64,000 bases of DNA from a virus (taxonomy: Duplodnaviria > Caudoviricetes), in the IMG/VR virus record IMGVR_UViG_3300020011_000226, positions 1-64,000 of that record. One strand, 5' to 3'. The position numbers were made by a program, and so were the translations under genes. Within the stretch, counting starts at the first letter, position 1. Each line of letters begins with the position of its first letter. Positions 1 to 7,593 of the stretch are shown in pieces. Below the pieces are notes generated by a model. That model had not been told where the DNA came from and did no database searches. It worked only from the letters and a program-made list of their open reading frames with translations.

Positions 1-390
1 CTATTCGTAGTCCTTTTGATGGAACGAGGCTTCAAAGAGCTTCGTTCCTTTGTTTTTGGTGGAATAGTAGACGTAGCGGAAGCTATAGCCCGCCTCCTTG
101 TAGAGTCGCAGATGGGCGCTGTTCTTCACCTGTTCCAGCAGCAGCTGTCTCGTATTGCTGCCGTTCACGTAGGCAGAGTCGTCAATTGGGCCTCTCAGCG
201 AGTAAGCATAGCTGATGGTATGCGTCGCCTTGTCGAAGGTCATGCTGTCCATGATGACGTCCTTGCCCACAGGGGTAGGGCAGTGTTTCTCCGTATATTC
301 CCTGGCCTCGCGCGCGCAGCGGTCCTCCAGCGATTCCTGACAGGCTGCCAACAAGAGTACAGCCATTACGCTCCATATTATCTTCTTCAT
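1..390 (-). CDS. Host (Bacteroidales/Prevotella-like) hypothetical lipoprotein
   Basis: MKK start, hydrophobic signal peptide and lipobox LLLAAC. Visibly more GC/CpG-rich than the rest of the window. ORF track starts it at 402 (TTG); ATG at 390 is more likely. Confidence 0.75.
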   Translation of the reverse strand: MKKIIWSVMAVLLLAACQESLEDRCAREAREYTEKHCPTPVGKDVIMDSMTFDKATHTISYAYSLRGPIDDSAYVNGSNTRQLLLEQVKNSAHLRLYKEAGYSFRYVYYSTKNKGTKLFEASFHQKDYE

Positions 391-412
391 AGTCGTTCCC
401 AATTAATAATAC

Positions 413-438
413 AAAAGAGAGCCATGATAGCTCTCTTT
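413..438 (-). terminator. Intrinsic terminator downstream of the tRNA 3' fragment
   Basis: AAAGAGAGC-catgata-GCTCTCTTT perfect stem with T-run on the minus strand. Confidence 0.75.
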
Positions 439-448
439 CCTGGTGCTT

Positions 449-472
449 TGCGGAGAGTGAGGGATTCAAACC
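449..472 (-). other. Displaced tRNA-Ser-like 3' end (T-arm plus acceptor strand); putative prophage att junction
   Basis: Minus strand reads GGTTTGAATCCCTCACTCTCCGCA: T-loop, T-stem, acceptor strand and discriminator G. There is no 5' half of a tRNA, and it sits at the host/phage composition boundary. Confidence 0.75.
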
Positions 473-536
473 GTGAGGAGTCCCAAAGTGCTCACCTTCC
501 TTTTATTTATTAGAGCTTTTATAATTTGCTGTTTTG

Positions 537-602
537 TGTACAGATGGGTGCTGTACATAATACGTACATAATCTACTGATTTGAGTGTACTGAATCAGTA
601 CA
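537..602. repeat. GTAC(A)-core repeat cluster next to att; candidate integrase arm-type sites
   Basis: TGTACA at 537, GTACATAAT direct repeat at 553 and 564, palindrome TGTACTGA-a-TCAGTACA at 586-602. Confidence 0.5.
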
Positions 603-689
603 TAGAGGTGTGGTCTCTGGGATGGATGTATATAATAAATTTTGTCTGTTGCATATTGATTTTGTTTTTAGGATGAAATGTTCTGATTG

Positions 690-697
690 CAAAGATA
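690..697 (-). promoter_or_regulatory. Bacteroidetes -7 promoter box pointing outward toward att
   Basis: TATCTTTG(C) on the minus strand matches TAnnTTTG. Confidence 0.5.
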
Positions 698-795
698 CAA
701 TATATTTTTGAGAAGATAGTAGGTTGCTATCCTTAAATAAAATTAAAAAGGCTGGGAATTTAAGAATAAAGTTAGGTTATTTAAATGAAATTGTT

Positions 796-803
796 TATCT
801 TTG
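796..803 (+). promoter_or_regulatory. Bacteroidetes -7 promoter box for the first phage operon
   Basis: TATCTTTG in an AT-rich intergenic region 130 bp upstream of the first phage ORF. Confidence 0.55.
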
Positions 804-932
804 TGCCAGATTTCCTAAGGTTTAATATTAGTGTGTAACTTGTTGAAAAATAAATAAGTAAGAAATAACACTAAAGTTTTACTTTAAATTGGATTGTAAA
901 GAAACAATTATTAACAACTAAAGGATAACAAT

Positions 933-1160
933 ATGGCAACAGAAATCAAGATGTCCAAAGAAGACTTAAGATGGCAGGCTGAAAATGATGCCAGGACAAT
1001 GGCCAATTATCAGGAAATTATGCAGGATAAGGCTCGTATGGCAAGAGCTATCAAGGAAGCCAATAGGCAGGCTCAAGACTTGACCAAGAGGGCAAGTGTC
1101 ATGAAGAGTGCTGCCAATGTCAAGGCTAAAGGTGGGAGTATAAGTAGAAAGAAGAAGTAA
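933..1160 (+). CDS. Small basic hypothetical phage protein
   Basis: 75 aa ORF, K/R-rich tail with KAKGG motif, AGGATAAC leader. Confidence 0.7.
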   Translation: MATEIKMSKEDLRWQAENDARTMANYQEIMQDKARMARAIKEANRQAQDLTKRASVMKSAANVKAKGGSISRKKK

Positions 1161-1186
1161 TACACCTTATTATATATATATAGGCT

Positions 1187-1615
1187 ATGACTAACCAAGA
1201 GAAACTACAGGATTATGACTCAGAGCCTGTATTCTATTGTACAAGGTGTTACTCCCTCAAGGTGAAGTATGAAGAGGCTATTGATGCTGAGTGCTGTGGG
1301 GAGTGTGGATGCTCAGATATTGCCAGTTGCAGTATAGAGGAGTGGGAGACTAAGTTCCAAAAGAGATATGGTAATAAATACACCGTCAAGAGTGAAGACC
1401 CCAGAACCTCTCCTATTTTCAAGATGACACTGGAGAAGCTGAAGACAAAAGTGTATGAGATGCCTATCTGGAAAAACATCATCCATGCCCTCTATCCCAA
1501 GTTTCCAGAAGGACTAAGCAAGGCAGACTCTTTATTACTACTATTCGACAAGCTCATCAAAGACAATAGGCTGGATGACTTGAAGATGTTACTATATAAG
1601 ATAAGCAGACAATAA
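1187..1615 (+). CDS. Zn-ribbon (CxxC...CxxC) phage protein
   Basis: CTRC and CGEC motifs in the N-terminal half. Confidence 0.65.
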   Translation: MTNQEKLQDYDSEPVFYCTRCYSLKVKYEEAIDAECCGECGCSDIASCSIEEWETKFQKRYGNKYTVKSEDPRTSPIFKMTLEKLKTKVYEMPIWKNIIHALYPKFPEGLSKADSLLLLFDKLIKDNRLDDLKMLLYKISRQ

Positions 1616-1635
1616 ACAATTAAAACAGGATAACT

Positions 1636-1980
1636 ATGGAAAAAGAGATTAAGACAAAGCAAGTGAAGATGGAAGCAGCAAAGGATGCTCCATTTAACAA
1701 GAAGGTACAAGAACCTAACCAGAAGCTGACCTATGAGCAGTTGAATCAAGCCTGTGCTGAAATGTCACAGCAGCTTCAGAACCAGAATGCTTACATCCAG
1801 AAAATGCACCAGCAAATGCAGGAGATGAACTTTGCCTTACAGACTAAGAGGATGGACTACTTGTTCAAGGTAGTAGAACTTAAAGACAGATTCAGCAGTG
1901 ACTTTGTTATTATGTGTACTGATGAGATAGAGCAGTCACTGACTATTCCTGAAGAACAGAAAAAGACAGAGGAGAACTAA
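1636..1980 (+). CDS. Hypothetical coiled-coil phage protein
   Basis: 114 aa Q-rich helical ORF in operon context. Confidence 0.7.
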   Translation: MEKEIKTKQVKMEAAKDAPFNKKVQEPNQKLTYEQLNQACAEMSQQLQNQNAYIQKMHQQMQEMNFALQTKRMDYLFKVVELKDRFSSDFVIMCTDEIEQSLTIPEEQKKTEEN

Positions 1981-1982
1981 TT

Positions 1983-2429
1983 ATGAGTGATGTGTTAGGA
2001 TTAAAAGCTGGAGATGGGAAGAAGCTGCCAAAGCCTAATAACATCATACCAGTGGCAACAAGCCTTGATACTGACTTCTTCAAGAAGTGGTGCAGTTTCT
2101 TGAGGTTGTTTGTCAAGATGACAGACAGGGAGATGGATGTGGTCTCCTGCCTTCTCAAACAAAGATGGGAGCTGTCAAAAGTCATCCCAGACCAAGCCAT
2201 ACTGGATACTGTGCTTATGAGTACAGACACTCAGAGGAAAGTCATAGAGGAATGCAACTTGTCACCAGAGCACTTCTATGTGGTCATGAGTAACCTCAGG
2301 AAGAACAAGGTGGTCATAGGCAAGGTAATTAACCCAAGGCTGATTCCCAATATTAGGAAGGATGACAATGGGGTATTCCAGTTGCTGATACTCTTCAAAG
2401 ACCCTAATCCCCAAAAGGCAGATGCTTAA
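1983..2429 (+). CDS. Hypothetical protein, possible winged-helix DNA-binding protein
   Basis: MTDREMDV...ECNLSPEHFYVVMSNLRKNKVV resembles a wHTH pattern (by eye). Confidence 0.5.
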   Translation: MSDVLGLKAGDGKKLPKPNNIIPVATSLDTDFFKKWCSFLRLFVKMTDREMDVVSCLLKQRWELSKVIPDQAILDTVLMSTDTQRKVIEECNLSPEHFYVVMSNLRKNKVVIGKVINPRLIPNIRKDDNGVFQLLILFKDPNPQKADA

Positions 2430-2440
2430 AGAAAACAGGA

Positions 2441-2740
2441 ATGAGTTATGAGGAGATTGTTTCTACAGTTGCAGATAATCTATGTCTGCCTAAAGTATTG
2501 GTGGATAGAACGTACAGGGCATTCTGGAGAGCAGTAAAAGAGCATATAGAGGCTCTACCCTTAAAGGAAGACCTGACTGATGAGGAGTTTCTCAAACTAC
2601 AGCCTAATATCAATATACCATCCATAGGAAAGCTGTATGTTACTCTGGACAGGTATCATGGTATGAAGAGGTACTTTGAGACGTATTTTAAGAATTACAA
2701 AGGTAAGAAATATAAAAAGGATAACAATGCTAAAGATTAA
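2441..2740 (+). CDS. IHF/HU-like DNA-binding protein
   Basis: Helix-helix N-terminus plus NINIPSIGKLYV, like the HU/IHF beta motif; IHF-like genes are typical of crAss-like phages. Confidence 0.55.
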   Translation: MSYEEIVSTVADNLCLPKVLVDRTYRAFWRAVKEHIEALPLKEDLTDEEFLKLQPNINIPSIGKLYVTLDRYHGMKRYFETYFKNYKGKKYKKDNNAKD

Positions 2741-3155
2741 GAAAATCAAGCCTGCATTCACCAGTATTGTCACTACTGGAGAGAAATATGCAGAAGACAT
2801 GTATGACAACTCTGGCCTTATTGAGTGCAAGAAAGGAGACCTCAAGACCTATCAGAAGGTTGTTGCTGTAGGCCCATTGGTAAGAGACATCAAGGTAGGT
2901 GATATGGTAATGATCAATGTGCTGAACTATGCTGTCAAGAAGTATGACCCTAACTCTCTTAAGGAGGACATGGGCATGAATTCTACTCTGGGCTATAAGT
3001 TTAACTGGGTACAGGTTGATGATGAGGATGGTAATCCCCAAGACTGCCTGTTCCTGAGTGATAGAGACATCCTATTTAGCTTTGAGGGTGAAGAGGTTCA
3101 AGGAGTCAAGAACCCTATTCTGGTTCCTGGGAAAAAGAAGATTATCACTAATTAA
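2727..3155 (+). CDS. GroES-like co-chaperonin
   Basis: IKPAF...SGLI...KVVAVGP..DIKVGDMV...LSDRDIL follows the GroES pattern; ATG at 2727 follows the AGGATAACA leader. Confidence 0.7.
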   Translation: MLKIKKIKPAFTSIVTTGEKYAEDMYDNSGLIECKKGDLKTYQKVVAVGPLVRDIKVGDMVMINVLNYAVKKYDPNSLKEDMGMNSTLGYKFNWVQVDDEDGNPQDCLFLSDRDILFSFEGEEVQGVKNPILVPGKKKIITN

Positions 3156-3182
3156 TATAGGTAGGAAGATTGTTTTTGGAGA

Positions 3183-3218
3183 AGGGCCTGAGTCTGTTAT
3201 AGCAGGCTTGGGCTTTTT
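3183..3218 (+). terminator. Intrinsic terminator
   Basis: GGCCTGAGTCTG/CAGGCTTGGGCT stem followed by T5. Confidence 0.6.
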
Positions 3219-3230
3219 AATTTAATTATT

Positions 3231-3452
3231 ATGTTAAGTAAAGAACAAATAGATTCGGGTTCTGTTGATAACTACCAGAAGTTAACTTTGGAAGTTATTG
3301 AAAAGACTTTAAGAGGTATGCTTTCTGAACAAGAACTGTCTCCTGCACAATACATTGGTGATGGGCTATATGAGTTACCTGGATGTATCATTGCTAATGA
3401 AGAAGGATATAAAGAGTATCTTAAAGAATTAAAAGAGAGAACTAAAATATGA
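3231..3452 (+). CDS. Hypothetical phage protein
   Basis: 73 aa ORF overlapping the next start (ATGA). Confidence 0.55.
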   Translation: MLSKEQIDSGSVDNYQKLTLEVIEKTLRGMLSEQELSPAQYIGDGLYELPGCIIANEEGYKEYLKELKERTKI

Positions 3453-4000
3453 AACTAATAGAAATTTCTAATTATGAATTAAAGGTAGCAGATGAAGCAC
3501 TGCTGCAAAGACCTATAAGAAGATTGTGGAATGCTGATAGGAGTCAGAGGAAAGAGAGTTTCTATCAGCAAATATCTTATCTTTACAACATGGTAGACCC
3601 CAGAAGTCCATACTCCTATATACTTGATATGGAGGAGCGCAGCCAAACAATTATTAAAGAGGAGGCTCTGCCTGAGAATTTCAGACCGTCGGAATTTTTA
3701 GTAGAAGCCATGCGGTGGTATAGAGAGCATACAATAACTATTTCCCAGAAGCTACTTAATGATTGCTTAGCAGCTGCTAAAAAGGTCGGAGAGTTCCTCA
3801 GGGATGTTGATTTGTCAGAGGAGGACGATAAGGGAAAACCCAAGTATCAAGTGTCTAATATTACAGCAGCCTTGAAGAATGTGGAAGGAATAGTAACCAC
3901 CCTTCAAAACCTCCAACGTAAAGTAGACCAGGAATTAAAGGAAGGAGATGGTAAGGCAAGAGGAGCCTTGGAGCTGACAATCGGAGATAATGATTTTTAG
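3449..4000 (+). CDS. crAss-like hypothetical protein (possible terminase small subunit-like)
   Basis: 183 aa, DPRSPY motif and helical C-terminus; positional inference only. Confidence 0.5.
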   Translation: MKLIEISNYELKVADEALLQRPIRRLWNADRSQRKESFYQQISYLYNMVDPRSPYSYILDMEERSQTIIKEEALPENFRPSEFLVEAMRWYREHTITISQKLLNDCLAAAKKVGEFLRDVDLSEEDDKGKPKYQVSNITAALKNVEGIVTTLQNLQRKVDQELKEGDGKARGALELTIGDNDF

Positions 4001-4072
4001 GGTTAGCATACTAAACTTTTTAGTTGAGTTAAGGAATACCTTAAGAGAATCAAATACTTAGGGTATTCTTTT

Positions 4073-4080
4073 TATTTTTG
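4073..4080 (+). promoter_or_regulatory. -7 promoter box, tail fibre/DGR operon
   Basis: TATTTTTG(C) just upstream of the ORF at 4098. Confidence 0.55.
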
Positions 4081-4097
4081 CAAAAACTATTAATAGT

Positions 4098-4679
4098 ATG
4101 GGTAGTAACGAGAAATATATAGGAAATGCACCACTGAAGGATAAACCCAAGAGAAAGTTTATCTTTGTGATTGGCGACAAGGTGATAAAGACCAAACACC
4201 TTGATGATGGTGCTGTCACTCCTGAGAAGCTTTCTGAAGGGTTTGTCGAGGAGCTGATAAATATGCCTATTGAAGAAATAAAGAAGGAGGTGGAAGATAT
4301 ATACACCTTGCTCAAAAGATATCATGCTGTTTCCTTGGGTTTTTATACCGAAGATGAACCTCCTATACCAATACTATCCCTGCCAATAAGGTTAGACAAT
4401 ATTAATGAGACAGTCAAGCCGTATTTACTCTTTGTTCAGGAGGATTACAGTTCCTATGTAACCAGATGGGAATGGGTAAGAGAGTCCTACAGAGAAGATT
4501 TAGACAATGCATGGAATCATCTTCCTAAGGCTGGTGAAAGAGTTCTACACATAACCAGTGGTGACCTTCCTACAGGCTGGAATATCAATGGAGGAAGAGT
4601 AGGCTTTAAATGCACTGCTTATATTGACAAGGGAGATGGTGAAGTCGTAGAAATAATAAATAAAATATCAGTAGTATGA
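4098..4679 (+). CDS. Putative tail/head fibre-associated protein
   Basis: DGAVTPEKLS fibre repeat and Ig-like C-terminal domain (WEWVRES...FKCTAY). Confidence 0.5.
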   Translation: MGSNEKYIGNAPLKDKPKRKFIFVIGDKVIKTKHLDDGAVTPEKLSEGFVEELINMPIEEIKKEVEDIYTLLKRYHAVSLGFYTEDEPPIPILSLPIRLDNINETVKPYLLFVQEDYSSYVTRWEWVRESYREDLDNAWNHLPKAGERVLHITSGDLPTGWNINGGRVGFKCTAYIDKGDGEVVEIINKISVV

Positions 4680-5875
4680 AAAGAATTATAAATACATCTG
4701 CCCCAGCAGTTATCAGTACTCAATACACACCGCTGACATGTGTACTGAGTATTGTACAGGTGAACAATGCTCCTCTGACTCAGGCACAGGATGCGGTAAA
4801 GGGTTTGTGGCAACCTAACAGAGATCCTCAGAATGTGTTGTCGGCAGTAGCTGAGCCTTTGATATTGGGTACCCTTTTTGAGGCCTATGATGCTGATACT
4901 GACCAGCATATTACTCCTACTGTAAGTGTAAAGTGGTATGTGGATGAGAAGGTAGACACTTGGGATAGTAGCAACAACAAAGGCAAGGTTTATAAAACAG
5001 ACCCTACAGAGAGTTACTATCTGGAAACCAGTAACAGTTTGTCTACTGGGAGATTGATTATTACGAAGAATGTAGACCATAGCACTTCTGTCAGGATATT
5101 CTGTGTGGCAGAGTACTATGACACAACAAGAAGTGAGACCTATACAGAGGAAGCCCAAGTAGTTCTTACTACAGAAAACAAGCCTGATGAATTTTATGCC
5201 GTTGACATACTGACTCCTTCACTTATAGAGTACAGGCCTCTCACAGATGCCCTGACTACAAAGACAATTAAGGCAAGGACAAGACTGGGTAATCAGGTGC
5301 TTACAGGTGATGAAGGCTCTAGTATCAAATATTTCTGGTATATAGATGATGTTTTGATAACAGCAAGTACTCCAGGATACGTTAGTGGTCAGGGCAGTGA
5401 TACCTTGGTAGTGGATGCAGACTATTTGGATGTTGTACAGATTAGTGTGAAGATTGCAGACAACATTGAGGCAACAGCTCCTAATCAACAATGCACGGAT
5501 ACTTGTTCCCTGTCTTGGGTATGGCCAAAGATTGAGGCTTTGGCCTTTACAGGAGGCTCAAGTGTAAAGGCACAAGACGGAAGTAAGCACTTTGAGAGTA
5601 TTGTCAAGATGGCAGGACAGGCTATGCCTGAATCCAAGAAGAAGGAGTTTGTTAGGTTGAATTGGAAGATGAAGGCAACCAACAACTCTACCATTACTGA
5701 CTTAGGATGGGGAGACGATGTTTATATTGCTGCCAGCAACCTTAGGAAAGGTGCTTCGGCAAATGTCGAGGTGTTTATAGAGCCTTGTCTATTAGGGCGA
5801 TATGAAGAAGTAACTACTGCCAGTGGGACAGCCGTTACTACAGCCAGCGGAGAACAAGTTTTTGCAAGAGGATAG
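4676..5875 (+). CDS. Putative tail fibre/adaptor protein with Ig-like domains
   Basis: 399 aa, Thr/beta-rich, repeated KWY/YFWY Ig-like strands. Confidence 0.55.
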   Translation: MKRIINTSAPAVISTQYTPLTCVLSIVQVNNAPLTQAQDAVKGLWQPNRDPQNVLSAVAEPLILGTLFEAYDADTDQHITPTVSVKWYVDEKVDTWDSSNNKGKVYKTDPTESYYLETSNSLSTGRLIITKNVDHSTSVRIFCVAEYYDTTRSETYTEEAQVVLTTENKPDEFYAVDILTPSLIEYRPLTDALTTKTIKARTRLGNQVLTGDEGSSIKYFWYIDDVLITASTPGYVSGQGSDTLVVDADYLDVVQISVKIADNIEATAPNQQCTDTCSLSWVWPKIEALAFTGGSSVKAQDGSKHFESIVKMAGQAMPESKKKEFVRLNWKMKATNNSTITDLGWGDDVYIAASNLRKGASANVEVFIEPCLLGRYEEVTTASGTAVTTASGEQVFARG

Positions 5876-5899
5876 TATTTTAATATAAAAGTAGAATAT

Positions 5900-6403
5900 A
5901 TGAAGAAGCAAACGAGTTATAGTGTGTCACTGGATGTGGCAAGAAGATCTGGGGTTATTAGTTCCAGATACCGTACTCCTGATGGAAGATTCCTGTTGAC
6001 AGAGAGAGATTTGCAGAACATGAGATTCAGAATGACAGCTGAGGAGTTCATTACTGGTCTAGATGCCTATATTGTTTCAGCAGAGGAGGCAAGCAAACTG
6101 GCCAAAGAAGGAGGGTATCATCTTGGTGAAACCCTGGAAGACAAGACAGTTGTAGTTACCACAGCAGAAAGTGATGTTCAGGAAGATATGTCGGAGGAAT
6201 CATCAGAAGAAAAAGCAGAGGAAGTTTCAGAAGAGCCTACTGTAGAGGAGTCTGAAGATACTGAACAAGCTGAGCAACCTGAAGTAACTGATGAGCAATC
6301 TGCGGAAGAGGAAGAAGAAACTACCAATCATTCTGAGTTAGAAGGTACAGATGCTCAACAGGAAGAAGAAAATCAAGAAACTGAAAACAATAAGGAGGAA
6401 TAA
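5900..6403 (+). CDS. Hypothetical protein with long acidic (Glu-rich) tail
   Basis: RYRTPDGRFLL N-terminal domain, E-rich low-complexity C-terminal half. Confidence 0.65.
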   Translation: MKKQTSYSVSLDVARRSGVISSRYRTPDGRFLLTERDLQNMRFRMTAEEFITGLDAYIVSAEEASKLAKEGGYHLGETLEDKTVVVTTAESDVQEDMSEESSEEKAEEVSEEPTVEESEDTEQAEQPEVTDEQSAEEEEETTNHSELEGTDAQQEEENQETENNKEE

Positions 6404-6405
6404 TT

Positions 6406-7578
6406 ATGAGTTTGAAAGTAAGTAATAGATTTTTTGTAACGGCTGTTCAGGATGGCAGCAGCCTTTCTGCCATCATGTACACCACAAATGCTCTTGAGCA
6501 GTTTCTAAACAGGGCAACCCGGGTAGTCACTCCAGACTGGACTGTCCCTGACAATCAGCCTACAGTATATTGTGTTACAAGGCTTTCTGGAAATGGTAAG
6601 ACTCCAATAACCGATAGCTTGGAGTGGTACTTTAACAATGAGCTTATCACTTGGGACAGTACAACCAATATGTGCACCAATAACAGTATGATGGATGGTA
6701 CATACCCCATCTTCCAGAAAACCACTTATACTCCTCAGGGAATGACGCAGGCTTTTCCTGCTGTTAAGATTCTCAGAAATTTAGCATCTGAGGGAAACGT
6801 TGACCAGGATGTCCTGACCTTGAAAGGAGAAGTGGAAGTAGGAGGAGTAGGACTTGGATTTTCTACCAGTATGGCCATTCGCATAGGAGAGTGGTCTGGT
6901 ACAGGATACTATGGTTGGATTACAGGTGACTCCGTTGTAACAGCACCCACTGGAACTGGTAGTACTGCGACTCTTGTATCTCATTTGGTAAGCAGTGAGC
7001 AGACTGTTACTGGGTTTACTACCAAATGGTATCGGGAAGGTATTGATACAACACCTCTCATAACAGGAACAAATACCAACACAGTTACACTGACAGCTGC
7101 CCAGATTACAGACAATGTGATTATAAGAGCCGATTTCTATAACACAGAGACGGATGGTTCTGGAAATCCCAAGGTGGTCTACAGTGCCTATTGGTCTATT
7201 GATGACCTTCAGGATGATGAGGAAATGTATATAGGTTATGGTAATAACAACGGTAATGCTGCAAGTCTGAGGGAGGGTCAGAGTGTGACATTCACTATGT
7301 GGATGGGCAGGAGATACGACCAGAATAGTATTGATTCAAGGTACACAACCTTCAAATGCAAGCTGATAGATTCCAACAATGGACTTGCTTCTCAGACAGG
7401 TGTTACTCTTGACAGCGACGGCTATGAGGATATAACTCAAACTTTATCCTCCCTTCCTAATGGACAAACTTTCTCTCCTGCAATTAAAGGAGGTGTGAAG
7501 GCTATCAGCTATGATGTAGCCCACAGTAATGGAGACAATGTGACAGGTATTATTGTAGCCGAAGGTTCTGACAGCTAA
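6406..7578 (+). CDS. Putative tail fibre/adaptor protein with Ig-like domains
   Basis: 390 aa, Thr/Gly/beta-rich, PDW and EWY/KWY motifs. Confidence 0.55.
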   Translation: MSLKVSNRFFVTAVQDGSSLSAIMYTTNALEQFLNRATRVVTPDWTVPDNQPTVYCVTRLSGNGKTPITDSLEWYFNNELITWDSTTNMCTNNSMMDGTYPIFQKTTYTPQGMTQAFPAVKILRNLASEGNVDQDVLTLKGEVEVGGVGLGFSTSMAIRIGEWSGTGYYGWITGDSVVTAPTGTGSTATLVSHLVSSEQTVTGFTTKWYREGIDTTPLITGTNTNTVTLTAAQITDNVIIRADFYNTETDGSGNPKVVYSAYWSIDDLQDDEEMYIGYGNNNGNAASLREGQSVTFTMWMGRRYDQNSIDSRYTTFKCKLIDSNNGLASQTGVTLDSDGYEDITQTLSSLPNGQTFSPAIKGGVKAISYDVAHSNGDNVTGIIVAEGSDS

Positions 7579-7593
7579 CAGAAATTTACCATA

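Noticed and set aside
449-472. Functional tRNA gene
   Set aside because: Only the T-arm and acceptor 3' strand are present; treated as an att remnant
16-513. 165 aa plus-strand ORF and 182..469 minus-strand ORF
   Set aside because: Shadow frames over the lipoprotein gene that run through the terminator and att site
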